A stretch of DNA of 64,000 nt from a virus (lineage: Duplodnaviria; Caudoviricetes). The translations under genes were made by a program, and so were the position numbers. The notes beneath the pieces were generated by a model. The model was not told the DNA's origin. It ran no database searches and worked only from the letters and a program-made list of their open reading frames with translations. This document shows, in pieces, positions 28,186 to 38,962 of this stretch (position 1 is the stretch's first letter; each line of letters begins with the position of its first letter). The stretch spans positions 32,001 to 96,000 of the IMG/VR virus record IMGVR_UViG_3300037067_027643; one strand, written 5' to 3'.

Positions 28186-30995
28186 TAATACTTACCCTTT
28201 CCTGAAGTGTATGAAGAATTTGTTCCAAATGCAGGAACAACTTTAGTTAAATATCTTAAAAATTCAACTCCATCAATCTTAACAACTGCTCCACCATTTA
28301 CTGCTTCTATTAACATATCTAATTGTTCGTTTAATTTTTTTAATAATGTATTATCAGTACCACTAGCATTATTGTTACTTCCTCCACTTGTAAATGTATT
28401 AGGAGATGGTTTACTCATTACATCCATCTTTGTCATTGTTGGTGCACTAGTAGTAACTCCACCACTTTTAACATTTGATGGTTTACTCATTACATCCATT
28501 GTATTAATCTTAGAAAAATTAATACTTGATACTTTATCTAATAAATTCTCATACTTATTTAATTTTCCGAGAGCATTAGTCATATTATATATACCATTAG
28601 CGATATTATCAAAGAAATCAGCTACTTTATCAGGAGCACTTCTAATATTATCAAATGTTTTCATAAAATTAGTTAGATAAGGAAGTCCTTTTCCCATTTT
28701 TTCGAGTGCTACACCTAATGGAATCATTGATGCTCCTAATATTGCTATTGCTCCAGCTCCTGCTAATATAGCTACAGCACCAAACCCACTCATCATTACA
28801 GCTCCCAATGCTATTGCTTCTAATGCTACAGCTCCCAATACAATAGGAACCATCATTAATGTCTTCCAATCAATCCCGGCTAAATAACTCATTGCTACGC
28901 CAAATGGTATTAAAGCGGCTCCTAATATTCCAATAACAAATGCTCCCATTATTAACTGACTAGATGCTTTTGACATTATCTGTGAAATTCCCCAAAATCC
29001 AGCTACTAATATACCAAGTGCAGTCGCTCCTTTTGGAATTGACATCCAATCTACTTCATTAAATACCTTTAATGATTGTGCTAAAATATATATTGCCCCA
29101 GCCATTATTGCTATAGCAGCGGCTCCTTTTACAATATTACCCATATTAGAACCCATTCCTTTAAACATTCCAGTAGCTGCTGCGCCACCTTTCCCTACAT
29201 CGGGAGTAGCTCCACCACCAATACTCGGTTTTATACCACCTTTTATTCCGACCCCACCTACACCACCTGCACCTGTTTTTGGCTTACCCATAAAAAAGTT
29301 ACTTAATTTAGTACCAGCTAACATACTAGAATTCCATATTTTTTGCCACAAAACATTTAATTTCAATGCTTTTGCAATATGTCCAAAATTAAATAAAAAA
29401 CTACCAACACTCATTACAGCACTACCAATTAATCCACCCCATTCTTTAAGCGAACTACCTCCACCTACAACTTTTTCTCCTATCTTATCCCAATATGTAC
29501 CAATCTTATTTGTTAATTTAGCTTGATCTTTTGAAGCAGTATACATTTTCATAACTTCATCAACTTGTAATCCAAGTAAATCTGCTACTGACTTCTTTTG
29601 ATACATATCCATCTTATTCCATTCTGTAATCCCACCCATCTGTTTCATTAAATCTTGCATTGCTCCTGCATGATCTCCGTCATACATTTTTTGTCTTACA
29701 GCTTGTAGATTTAATTGTTTTCCTAACATTACAGAAGCATTCATTTCTTTTTCTATACTATCGGTTGGATCTCCTAATAATGATTCTTGTATCTGTGCTA
29801 TATTACTTAATTCTAATCCAAGTTTCTTTGCAGTAATAGAAGCTTTAAATATATTTTCCCCACCTTTTTTTCCTGACAATGCAAATAATTCAGCATTATT
29901 AGCTACCTCTCTCATCATAGCTCCAATTGGAATTCCATTACTACGAGCTAAATTCTTTGCTGTTTCTAATGTAGATTTACTTGTTCCTTTCATTAATCTA
30001 GTAATAGTTGTTGCTTCTGTAGCAGTCAATCCATACAAACTCATTAATTTACCTGTTTGTATTACATTTTCTTTTGTTGCTTGTGTAATACCTCCCATTG
30101 TATTAGATATTTCTGTAAATGCTTCTGCACTAGTTTTTATTCCAACTCCTCCCCAAAATCCACTACTACTAAATATAGATGACCCCATTACTCCAGCCAT
30201 ACTTGTCATTTGTGTTAATGATAACCCTAATACTTTATGAGCATCTTTTATAGCATCTGCAAAATCGTAAGCTTTTTTAGATAAAAATCCCATAAAAGCA
30301 ATAAATGCTGTCTTTGGACTTGTGATTAATGTTTTAAATGTAGTGACCCAGGTATTAACCTTTTCTTTTATTTCATCTAAATATTTTGATTGTTCTTTTA
30401 GTATATTATTTGCTTTATCAATATAATCTTTGTTCTTAATATATTCTGTATTAATATTTTTTATTTTTGATAATGACTGTTCTACTAATTTTAATTCTTT
30501 TTTTGATAAAGTTGGAAATTGATTTTTTATCTTTAACATTTCCAAATCATCTCTAAATATTTTTGTATTTCCTTGATTTATATCTTTAAACTGTAATGCT
30601 GTTAATTTTACTATACTATGTTTTGCTTTGTTGATATCTGTATCTTTTTTCTTCATATCAACATAAGATTGTGCAATTTTTTTATCTAAATTGAAATCTA
30701 ATTTTTTTATAAATAAATTTTCTTTTTGAATCTTTCCTATTTCTGTTGATAAATCTAATAAATCATCCTCATAATCATATTGTTTTTCTAAACTTTTAAT
30801 TGTATCTGGTAATATTTTTTGATATTCCGCTTCTTTTTTATTACGAGTTTCTAATCGTTCATTTATTTTTATCCATTTTTGTACTTGTTGATCTAACAAT
30901 TCATTAATCTCACGATCAGCCTTTCCAAGTTTTATTAACTTAGCTTCTTCTAATTTAAATTGTTTATCAATATCTATAGCAGCTTTTCTAGCCAT
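28185..30995 (-). CDS. tail tape measure protein
   Basis: Long helical Ala/Gly/Met-rich protein with hydrophobic segments, downstream of the tail chaperone. Confidence 0.8.
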   Translation of the reverse strand: MARKAAIDIDKQFKLEEAKLIKLGKADREINELLDQQVQKWIKINERLETRNKKEAEYQKILPDTIKSLEKQYDYEDDLLDLSTEIGKIQKENLFIKKLDFNLDKKIAQSYVDMKKKDTDINKAKHSIVKLTALQFKDINQGNTKIFRDDLEMLKIKNQFPTLSKKELKLVEQSLSKIKNINTEYIKNKDYIDKANNILKEQSKYLDEIKEKVNTWVTTFKTLITSPKTAFIAFMGFLSKKAYDFADAIKDAHKVLGLSLTQMTSMAGVMGSSIFSSSGFWGGVGIKTSAEAFTEISNTMGGITQATKENVIQTGKLMSLYGLTATEATTITRLMKGTSKSTLETAKNLARSNGIPIGAMMREVANNAELFALSGKKGGENIFKASITAKKLGLELSNIAQIQESLLGDPTDSIEKEMNASVMLGKQLNLQAVRQKMYDGDHAGAMQDLMKQMGGITEWNKMDMYQKKSVADLLGLQVDEVMKMYTASKDQAKLTNKIGTYWDKIGEKVVGGGSSLKEWGGLIGSAVMSVGSFLFNFGHIAKALKLNVLWQKIWNSSMLAGTKLSNFFMGKPKTGAGGVGGVGIKGGIKPSIGGGATPDVGKGGAAATGMFKGMGSNMGNIVKGAAAIAIMAGAIYILAQSLKVFNEVDWMSIPKGATALGILVAGFWGISQIMSKASSQLIMGAFVIGILGAALIPFGVAMSYLAGIDWKTLMMVPIVLGAVALEAIALGAVMMSGFGAVAILAGAGAIAILGASMIPLGVALEKMGKGLPYLTNFMKTFDNIRSAPDKVADFFDNIANGIYNMTNALGKLNKYENLLDKVSSINFSKINTMDVMSKPSNVKSGGVTTSAPTMTKMDVMSKPSPNTFTSGGSNNNASGTDNTLLKKLNEQLDMLIEAVNGGAVVKIDGVEFLRYLTKVVPAFGTNSSYTSGKGKY

Positions 30996-31012
30996 TATTA
31001 TTTACTTTCTTT

Positions 31013-31303
31013 TTATATTCCAAATGCTTTTTTATATAAATCATCTTTATCTTCATTTTCATCATATTTTAATAAAGACTTTAATTCATCAGAATTCTTT
31101 TTTATATTAGCCATTGCAATAGCTGCTTTTGGATTAACTTTTTTCATATCATTTATGATTTGATCTGCACGATTATCCTTTACCTTGTCGAAAAACTTAT
31201 CTACTAACCTAGTTAAAAAACCTTCATTTAAAAACTGTTTATTTTCTTTTATAATTTCTCTTACTTTATTTTCTATTAGTTGTTCAAGTTCTTTTTGTTT
31301 CAT
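31013..31303 (-). CDS. hypothetical protein
   Basis: 96-aa ORF behind a TACTATTTATA motif. Confidence 0.7.
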   Translation of the reverse strand: MKQKELEQLIENKVREIIKENKQFLNEGFLTRLVDKFFDKVKDNRADQIINDMKKVNPKAAIAMANIKKNSDELKSLLKYDENEDKDDLYKKAFGI

Positions 31304-31364
31304 GATGTAAATCCTATTTAATAAAACTTTTATTTATATAAATAGTAAAATTTAGTAAAATAAA

Positions 31365-31390
31365 AAAGTCCAAACTTAATTGGACTCTTT
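31365..31390 (-). terminator. terminator-like hairpin
   Basis: AGTCCAA/TTGGACT inverted repeat with T-run on the minus strand. Confidence 0.55.
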
Positions 31391-31394
31391 ATAA

Positions 31395-31640
31395 TTATCT
31401 CTTTGATTTTACCTGATTAGGTGGTCTATAAATCTTACCTTTATCGTTGGTTTTTGGTTTATTAGCATTTTCTTGTACCTCTCTTTCTAGTCTTTTCTTT
31501 TCTGCCAATCCATAATAAACAAATTTTCTTTTTGGTATTGGCATATTCCACACTTGATCCCATGATATTCCGCCTTGTGAATTATATACAATATCAAGTA
31601 TCTGTTGATGAAACTCCGCCCTATAACTCGGAGTCAGGCC
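31395..31640 (-). CDS. frameshift extension of the tail assembly chaperone (GT-like product)
   Basis: Not in ORF track. 81 open codons GLTPSYRAEFHQQILDIVYNSQGGISWDQVWNMPIPKRKF...KSKR begin right after the T7 run. Confidence 0.7.
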   Translation of the reverse strand, partial: GLTPSYRAEFHQQILDIVYNSQGGISWDQVWNMPIPKRKFVYYGLAEKKRLEREVQENANKPKTNDKGKIYRPPNQVKSKR

Positions 31641-32532
31641 AAAAAAACTCTGGTGTTATCTGCATTTTTCTTTCTTTAGTATATTCACAATATGCACATT
31701 CAAAAATATATTTTGAATCTACGGTTGGAGTCATTGAATTTAAATGTTTTCTAAAATCCCTAGCATCAAGTGCTAACATATGATCTGCAAAATTTCTAAT
31801 TGTTTTACTATCTCTAGAGCCATTTACTGATGTTATAATATATTTCATTCTAGTACTTAATTCTGGATCTACATCATTATCATCATTATTTTTAATATTT
31901 TTCTTCCCAACATCTCTAATTTTCTTTAATCCCCTTAATTCTTGTTCGATTAGTTTATCATCTGCTATAGTTAATAATTTAAAAGTAATTACAACTTTTG
32001 ATTTTGGAAGTTCAAAACTATATTCATTTTCTCTATTTAATAATGTTTCATCAATTTTTTTATCATTAAAAGAAGTTAAATCAATAATTATATTTGTTGT
32101 TTCTCCACATGCTGGATTTGGACATTTTATTTCTAATGGATATTCTTTACCATAACCCATAACTCTAGCAGCTATTAATAACGCATATTTATCGCCTAAT
32201 AACAAATCATCATAATTAATTTTAGTTACAATTAATGATTTTAATATTTTGTCAACTGCTAATCCCTTTCTTACTAAATTTTCGGTTGTAAGAATATCCT
32301 CTTCGGTACTTTCCATGTAGCGCATCTCAACTGTACCAAGTGACAATGGATTATCTTTTGGATAGCATAACCCTTTACTTGGTAAATCAATTATTTCAGT
32401 TGGATATTGTTGATTACCCATTTTTGTTTCATCTGTATGTTTATAAATTTCACTTGGATGTGGTTCTAAATCTATAGGTTTTTTATTATTTCCTTTTGGA
32501 AGATCGTCGTCAAATATTTTTTCGTTTGCCAT
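31621..32532 (-). CDS. tail assembly chaperone / baseplate hub assembly protein (T4 gp26-like)
   Basis: IDLPSKG, EEDIL, LLLGDK, ARVMGYG, CPxxxC, C-terminal FFWP. Confidence 0.75.
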   Translation of the reverse strand: MANEKIFDDDLPKGNNKKPIDLEPHPSEIYKHTDETKMGNQQYPTEIIDLPSKGLCYPKDNPLSLGTVEMRYMESTEEDILTTENLVRKGLAVDKILKSLIVTKINYDDLLLGDKYALLIAARVMGYGKEYPLEIKCPNPACGETTNIIIDLTSFNDKKIDETLLNRENEYSFELPKSKVVITFKLLTIADDKLIEQELRGLKKIRDVGKKNIKNNDDNDVDPELSTRMKYIITSVNGSRDSKTIRNFADHMLALDARDFRKHLNSMTPTVDSKYIFECAYCEYTKERKMQITPEFFWPDSEL

Positions 32533-32597
32533 ATTTTATTTATTTTTTAATTATTTTATTTTTAATATACAAAATCTTTTTCTATTTTCAAAATTTA

Positions 32598-35500
32598 TTA
32601 TTTTTCATAAATATTTATCCAAGTAGATCCGACTACCCAATTTTGATTTGGAGATAAAACTGCTTGTGGATCATAATGGGCTCCTTGTTCACTGTTTCCT
32701 CTAATCTCAAAATGTAGATGAACACCATGTGGAGGACACGCACCGTGACTACTTACACAATGTCCTTCTGCTCCCATATATCCAATTAAATCACCAGTTT
32801 TTACAGTATCATTTTCTTTTACTAATAATATTTTAAAGTGATGATAGTTTGTAAAATATACCTTTTCATTGATAATATGTCTAATACTTATCTGATTTCC
32901 TTTTGATTTTGTAATGGTTCCATCGTAAGAAGCATTTACTGGTATTTTACTATTATTATATTCTATTATTGTATTAAATCCGTTTGGTGTTATATCTATT
33001 CCATGATGATATTTTTGTGTTTCGTTTGTCAATGTTCTATATCCCATCGGAGACATATATGTTCCTGATGCTGGTATTTTAAAGTAATCGCTTAATGCTG
33101 GATCGTTTATTACTAAAACAGTATTTCCGGTATTACTTGTATTTGTTCCTTTTACAGTGGTATTATTAGTGGATGGATTTAAATTGGTAGGAGCTTCATC
33201 ACTTCCATCTTTTTTAACTGCTACTCTCATAACTGTATCTACTGTCGTTGTCCAATCATTACCTTGTACACTATGTTCTACATTTGTTATTGTAAAATAA
33301 GCTCCTTTTGCGTATCTATTTGGTAGTCCTGTTACATTTATACAGTTTCCAAATTTAAGTCCACTCATTCCATCTATTGTAAAATTAAGTTTAACTGGTA
33401 ATATTACTTTTGATGTCTTTTTATCTTCTGTATAACTATTATCATTACTTGTATTTCCTGTTCCTCCATGTGTTCCAACTAAATATGCTGTCATTGCTGT
33501 TTTAGCACTATCACAGGTTTCTTGAGTTCTTTCAATCATTAATTGAAACATAGCATTAAATAAACTTTTCTTTAATCCTGCTGGAGTTTGATCTACTTTC
33601 TTTTTAGGATCTTTTTCACTTATACCATCTCTCGCTACTCCATAATCTACATCACTTTGTTGAATATTATCATAAGTAATATCTCTTACCTGTCTTCCAT
33701 AAAACTGATATCCGTTTGTTCCCTTTGTTGAAATATCACTGGATCCTTTTTTTTGATTTACTCCAAACATTATATGTCCTTTAATATTTCCATCTACTTC
33801 GGTATTTATACTTAGTTCTCTCATCAAACTATCAACACCAAAACCAGTTAGATTTACAGGTAATATTTGTTCTCCCTCTTTCCAGGTGTTTAAATCTACT
33901 ACTGATATTGTATTAGGATTGTTTTCGTTCACAAAAAGTCCAAATTTCCAAGCCTGTCCACATACATCACTAATACCATTCAATAGAGCCATTACAAAAG
34001 CATCTAACGTATCAGTTTGTTCGTAAGTTTCTTTGATAAATTTTAGATTTACACATATATTTCTTACATATCCTTTATAAGAATTGTCAGTTGATTGAGT
34101 GTTATCTGTATTAGAATGAGTTCCACCAGCTGCTGTTCCTGTTCTTGTTTGTGCTATGTTTCCTGTATCTGGTTTTACATTACTTCCATCAAAATAAGGA
34201 ATGTTATCTGGAATAAATTTAACTACATCTTGACCACTTCCACCTCCAGCTGCCATACTTAAATCTAATGTTAAATTTCCAAATATACCGTTTCCTGGTA
34301 GTAAACAAATTAGCGGATCTCCACTCATTAAACATGGATCATTAAATATTTTAGTTCCATAACTATTTAATTTTGGAAATATAGGTTTAAATGTTGTTGG
34401 TGTTTTTACTGCTCCTCCAAATATAGAATCATCTGAGATTTCTATGTTTTTATCTTCTGTTTTTATTCCATTTATTTCTTCATTGATAGTTATATTATTA
34501 GTAATACAATCATCGCTTACATTTGAATTATCTTTAGAAACAAATCCAAGACTATTAGTTACAATAAAATCTTCTATAAATCCCCATGTTACATAATATT
34601 GTGTTTTTCCAGTTCCTATTCCTATAAATGTTGCTATTTTATCTAAAAATCCTTCTGGTTTCATATTTACCTTAGCAGAAAATCCTAACGGAATTGATCC
34701 TTCTGTGACAGCTACTTTATTTTGAAAACTTCTATAAATTTTAGAAGAATCAAGTGTGCTACTATTTGATTTATCATTATAAAAAAAGGCACTTCCACCA
34801 GGAGCATTGTCCATCCAACGATATATTTCTTCAAATACATAATCAATATTAGTTCTTGGTTTATTTTTACCTTCATTTTCTATCTTACCATCATCACCAA
34901 GTTCAATACTTTTTCCTATCATTCCTCTACTCATAGTTTTTATATCAGCACTTAAAAAAGTATCGGCCATACTAACCATTGTAGTAGAACAATCAAATCC
35001 ACCTTTATCATTTTGTTTCCATGTAAAATTGGATACCACTCCTTTTAAAGCATCATAATGACCTCCAGCAGCTTTTACTAATCTTTGTACTTCTCTTAAT
35101 ACACAGGTATCCATTTTTCTAGTAATATCAATATCCATCTTATAAGGATTTATATTACCATCTGGAAGTAAACTCCATCCCCATTCTAAAAAGCAAGCTA
35201 CACCTGGAGTCATATACAACATTTCTAATATTTCTAAATGTTCTACACAGAAACAAGTGTAATTTATTGTTGCTTCTCTTACAGAACCAAATGCCCCTTT
35301 ATTTTTAATATTTATATCTATTATACCTGGATTTGGAACATTTCTTATATTAGAATACAGTTCACTAAATCCGGAACGCATATCATTAAATTCTTTTCCT
35401 TTTGCTAGGCTTCCATTTAATATCCATTGTTTTCTTATCTCTTCATTAAACGTTGGAACCTTTTCTACCATTACAATATTAGTATCCTGAATATTAACTA

Positions 35501-35735
35501 CTGTTTTTCTAAAATCATTAGGTATTATATTAAATTCATTATTTTTTGGAGTTAGTGTAAACCCATCTTCTATCTTAGCATTTGATATTAATCTTACAAA
35601 TGATTGTTTTTGATGCATCCATCTAGAAGTACCTGTAAGAACAGAATTAGTGTGCAACCTATCTATTGCATGTTTCTGTCTATCCTCTAATGTTTTACGG
35701 AAAGGTTGTTCTATATTGGTTACAAAAAGTGCCAT
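32598..35735 (-). CDS. baseplate hub-like protein with C-terminal M23 peptidase
   Basis: LYMTPG..LEWGWS; C-terminal HHGIDI, YHH, VKTGDLIGYMG, HLHFEIR. Confidence 0.75.
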   Translation of the reverse strand: MALFVTNIEQPFRKTLEDRQKHAIDRLHTNSVLTGTSRWMHQKQSFVRLISNAKIEDGFTLTPKNNEFNIIPNDFRKTVVNIQDTNIVMVEKVPTFNEEIRKQWILNGSLAKGKEFNDMRSGFSELYSNIRNVPNPGIIDINIKNKGAFGSVREATINYTCFCVEHLEILEMLYMTPGVACFLEWGWSLLPDGNINPYKMDIDITRKMDTCVLREVQRLVKAAGGHYDALKGVVSNFTWKQNDKGGFDCSTTMVSMADTFLSADIKTMSRGMIGKSIELGDDGKIENEGKNKPRTNIDYVFEEIYRWMDNAPGGSAFFYNDKSNSSTLDSSKIYRSFQNKVAVTEGSIPLGFSAKVNMKPEGFLDKIATFIGIGTGKTQYYVTWGFIEDFIVTNSLGFVSKDNSNVSDDCITNNITINEEINGIKTEDKNIEISDDSIFGGAVKTPTTFKPIFPKLNSYGTKIFNDPCLMSGDPLICLLPGNGIFGNLTLDLSMAAGGGSGQDVVKFIPDNIPYFDGSNVKPDTGNIAQTRTGTAAGGTHSNTDNTQSTDNSYKGYVRNICVNLKFIKETYEQTDTLDAFVMALLNGISDVCGQAWKFGLFVNENNPNTISVVDLNTWKEGEQILPVNLTGFGVDSLMRELSINTEVDGNIKGHIMFGVNQKKGSSDISTKGTNGYQFYGRQVRDITYDNIQQSDVDYGVARDGISEKDPKKKVDQTPAGLKKSLFNAMFQLMIERTQETCDSAKTAMTAYLVGTHGGTGNTSNDNSYTEDKKTSKVILPVKLNFTIDGMSGLKFGNCINVTGLPNRYAKGAYFTITNVEHSVQGNDWTTTVDTVMRVAVKKDGSDEAPTNLNPSTNNTTVKGTNTSNTGNTVLVINDPALSDYFKIPASGTYMSPMGYRTLTNETQKYHHGIDITPNGFNTIIEYNNSKIPVNASYDGTITKSKGNQISIRHIINEKVYFTNYHHFKILLVKENDTVKTGDLIGYMGAEGHCVSSHGACPPHGVHLHFEIRGNSEQGAHYDPQAVLSPNQNWVVGSTWINIYEK

Positions 35736-35738
35736 TTA

Positions 35739-35972
35739 TTAATATGTAGTTCTAGAAAACATAACAATAACTTTTATTAAATCTAAATCAATTTTTTCAA
35801 TATTATTCTCCAAACAAAAATTATAAAAAGTTTCTGTTATTAAATCATAGTATTCACATTCTCTTGTAATCTCTTGATAAAAATTCGTTTCTTTTATTAT
35901 ATTATATTTTTTAATAAAATTATTATCTTCACAATATTTTATCCATTTTTCAAATATTTCTTCTTTATTCAT
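35739..35972 (-). CDS. hypothetical protein
   Basis: 77-aa ORF. Confidence 0.6.
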   Translation of the reverse strand: MNKEEIFEKWIKYCEDNNFIKKYNIIKETNFYQEITRECEYYDLITETFYNFCLENNIEKIDLDLIKVIVMFSRTTY

Positions 35973-35973
35973 T

Positions 35974-36279
35974 TTATCTATTAGTATTAATGCTATTCAA
36001 ATCATTTTGAAACTTAGTAATATTCAATGGTATCCTTAATTGCATAGTCTTTCCAACATACAAACTTCCTTTTCCTAATCCGTTTGCTGTTGCTATTATT
36101 ACCCAATCACTTGGATTTTGAAAATATGTTTGTGTTATTAAATCCAGTCTATCAAATTTAGTTGCTTGTATATAAATATCAGTATCAGTTCTTGATATTA
36201 TTGGATACAAAGTGGTTTGATAAACTTTTTTATTTTTATTGTTGGAAATAATATTAGTTGATTTATATCTTTCTGCCAT
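35974..36279 (-). CDS. LysM-like baseplate wedge protein (gpX/gp53-like)
   Basis: DRLDLITQTYF..W.IIATAN...QLRIP. Confidence 0.75.
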   Translation of the reverse strand: MAERYKSTNIISNNKNKKVYQTTLYPIISRTDTDIYIQATKFDRLDLITQTYFQNPSDWVIIATANGLGKGSLYVGKTMQLRIPLNITKFQNDLNSINTNR

Positions 36280-36323
36280 CTTTTTTACTATCTATTTTTA
36301 TATAAATAGTAAAATTGTAAAAT

Positions 36324-36830
36324 TTAAACATTATTAAAAATATTGTTGTATATATTATATGTATCATCATCAAATAAAACAAAGTTTATTTCTACATTAT
36401 TATCACATTTAATTGCTTCTTTTATTCCAATAGAAGCAGATATATGTTTTGGAAATCTAAAAACACCTGTAGCTATAGCTGGAATTGAAATCGATTTAAT
36501 ATTATATTGTTTAACTAAATCAAAAATATTTATATAACATTGTCTTAATTTATCAATTTCATTATAATAACCACCTTCCCATACTGGACAATAAGTATGA
36601 ATTATATATTTCGAAAATAAATTATATCCATTTGTGATAATAGTATCTGTACATTTCAAATCTCCATGTTGAATATTATAATCGTATAAATATTTAATTA
36701 ATTCTATTCCTCCACTATTTAATATATCACCATTTAATGTAGTTTCTTCCCAAGCTAATTCTGCATTTGTTGAATTTACAATACAATCAACTTTTTCTTT
36801 AATTATATTTCCTTGTTTTATTTTTATCAT
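36324..36830 (-). CDS. macrodomain protein
   Basis: GNIIKEKVDCIVNSTN, YIIHT, SISIPAIATGVFRFP. Confidence 0.85.
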   Translation of the reverse strand: MIKIKQGNIIKEKVDCIVNSTNAELAWEETTLNGDILNSGGIELIKYLYDYNIQHGDLKCTDTIITNGYNLFSKYIIHTYCPVWEGGYYNEIDKLRQCYINIFDLVKQYNIKSISIPAIATGVFRFPKHISASIGIKEAIKCDNNVEINFVLFDDDTYNIYNNIFNNV

Positions 36831-38185
36831 TTAATCAATATTAAATTATTTTTTGGTCTACTACACGCTGTATAAAGTATTCTATTTCTTTCTTCAATTT
36901 TTGAATTATACATAATATCCCAACCCATTACTATAGTATTATTATATGTACTACCTTGGCTCTTGTGGGCGCTAATCGAATAATTATATTTTGTTGAGGC
37001 AAAATGATTCATATAAGCATAATATTTAATCCATTCTGTTCTTGCTCTTTCAGTTCCTTGTTTTTCTTTTAATGCTTTATTTTTTAATCCGTTTAAATAA
37101 GAATTGTAAACTACTTCACTATCTTCATGTAATATATGAATGTGATTAATTTTAATATTTCCTTGAATATCATACGATTTAACAACTGTATCATAATATT
37201 TTACTCTATCTTTTCCAAAATTTATACATTCTTCATCTATTTCAAAATCTTCTACCTCTACTTCTTCATTGGTATGTAAAATAATATGGTCGCCTTCCAT
37301 TACATTGCTATCCATTATCAATCGTTCTCCTCTCATTATTTTATTAGAAGCTTTATCTCCGTATAGCATATATCTTACTAATTCATTATATATATTAACA
37401 GTTTCATTTCTCCAAGCTATTATTTTTATATAATCACTATCCTGTTTATATTCATTACTTGTAAAATAATTATATATTGTTTCTATAATTTTATCTTCAT
37501 CTTTTGTTTTATTAAAAAATGTAATATTATTGTTCTTATCTACGTCTGGAATAGTTAATTCATTTATAAGATTTTTATTATTTAAGTTACTTCTGATATC
37601 AAAAGTTAATTTAATAATTGGGTTATCACTACATTGTCTTACGATTTTGGTCAATTTTTCTACTTGTATATTGTATTTCTTTTGTTTGTCCGGTAATAAT
37701 GGGATACTATCTAATTTATTTATTGGTGGAATCTGTGCTGGATCACCTACAAATATTATTTTTAAAGTTGGATATTTTAATAAATAATCAAATATTTCAT
37801 CATGTAGCATACTTATTTCATCCAGCACGAGATACTGATATTTGTCAACTTTACAAGGTAAATGTTTATCTCTTTTAAAATGTTGCTTACCAAAACCATC
37901 AATATGTTCTTTTAACCCTAGAGCACTATGGATTGTAGAGAATATTAAATTTGGATGTGTTATTTTGCAAGCTTCTCGAAATAAAACTTGAGTACTTTTG
38001 TGAGTCGGACCAGTGATTCCAATCATTTTATTTCTTGTAACCGATAATAAATATTTCACAAAATCTACAATTAAAAATGTTTTTCCACTACCCGCATACC
38101 CTCCAATTAAAAACATATTTTGGGTAGGATCGTTAATAAATTTTATTAATTCTTCTTTTATCGTTTGTTGATCTTTTGTCAGCAT
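36827..38185 (-). CDS. Dda-like SF1B helicase
   Basis: GYAGSGKT, TIHS, DEISM, GDPAQIPP, VRQ, HKSQGST, YTACSR. Confidence 0.9.
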   Translation of the reverse strand: MLTKDQQTIKEELIKFINDPTQNMFLIGGYAGSGKTFLIVDFVKYLLSVTRNKMIGITGPTHKSTQVLFREACKITHPNLIFSTIHSALGLKEHIDGFGKQHFKRDKHLPCKVDKYQYLVLDEISMLHDEIFDYLLKYPTLKIIFVGDPAQIPPINKLDSIPLLPDKQKKYNIQVEKLTKIVRQCSDNPIIKLTFDIRSNLNNKNLINELTIPDVDKNNNITFFNKTKDEDKIIETIYNYFTSNEYKQDSDYIKIIAWRNETVNIYNELVRYMLYGDKASNKIMRGERLIMDSNVMEGDHIILHTNEEVEVEDFEIDEECINFGKDRVKYYDTVVKSYDIQGNIKINHIHILHEDSEVVYNSYLNGLKNKALKEKQGTERARTEWIKYYAYMNHFASTKYNYSISAHKSQGSTYNNTIVMGWDIMYNSKIEERNRILYTACSRPKNNLILIK

Positions 38186-38377
38186 TATTTTTATTTTATT
38201 TTTTTACTATTTATATTTAATTAGAAAAAATAGATTAATTTTTAATATACAAAATTTTTATAAATAAATCACTATTTATGTTTTTTAAATTTTTTACTAA
38301 TTATATTTAAATGTACAAAAAATTATTTTAACAAACAAATAAAAAAAGAAATATTCAATAAAAAGGAGATATAATCA

Positions 38378-38869
38378 ATGGCTCAATTAATCGATAGTAA
38401 CGAAGCAATGTTTACAGCATTTGAACCTAAAGTAAAATTTAGATTTATTATGTATATAGCCGGTATTCCATCATTTATTATTAAAAAAGTAGATAGACCT
38501 AAATTTGAATCTGCTGAAGTAGTATTACCACATATTAACGTAGAACGTTATACTAAAGGTAAAAGTAAATGGAATGAAATAACAGCCGAATTATATGATC
38601 CTATTGTTCCTAGTGGAGCACAAGCTGTAATGGAATGGGTTAGAGCTGGTCACGAATCTGTTACTGGTAGAGATGGATATGCAGACTTCTATCAAAAAGA
38701 TGTTACTATTAACGTTCTTGGTCCAGTTGATGACATTGTTGAAGAATGGATACTTAAAGCTGCTTGGTGTAAGAGTGCTGATTTTCAAGATTTAGATTGG
38801 GCTGATGAAAGTAGTGCTTTGACTTGCAACATCACAATTCGCTACAATTATGCGCTTCTGAATTTCTGA
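38378..38869 (+). CDS. tail tube protein (gp19-like)
   Basis: FEPKVKFRF, KGKSKW, LYDPIVPSGAQAVMEWVR, GRDGYADFY, EEWIL. Confidence 0.85.
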   Translation: MAQLIDSNEAMFTAFEPKVKFRFIMYIAGIPSFIIKKVDRPKFESAEVVLPHINVERYTKGKSKWNEITAELYDPIVPSGAQAVMEWVRAGHESVTGRDGYADFYQKDVTINVLGPVDDIVEEWILKAAWCKSADFQDLDWADESSALTCNITIRYNYALLNF

Positions 38870-38913
38870 AAATCGTTGGTAGTCAAATACTTACAACAAA
38901 ATATTTTTATAAA

Positions 38914-38947
38914 AGAATTCCTATTAATTTATTTTAATGGGAATTTT
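38914..38947 (+). terminator. terminator-like hairpin between convergent genes
   Basis: GAATTCCTATTAA/TTAATGGGAATTT inverted repeat. Confidence 0.6.
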
Positions 38948-38962
38948 GATTTTATATCAAAT

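Noticed and set aside
28405-28500. Direct repeat encoding MDVMSKPS twice in the tape measure gene
   Set aside because: Simple intragenic duplication in a low-complexity linker; no sign of a mobile or regulatory role
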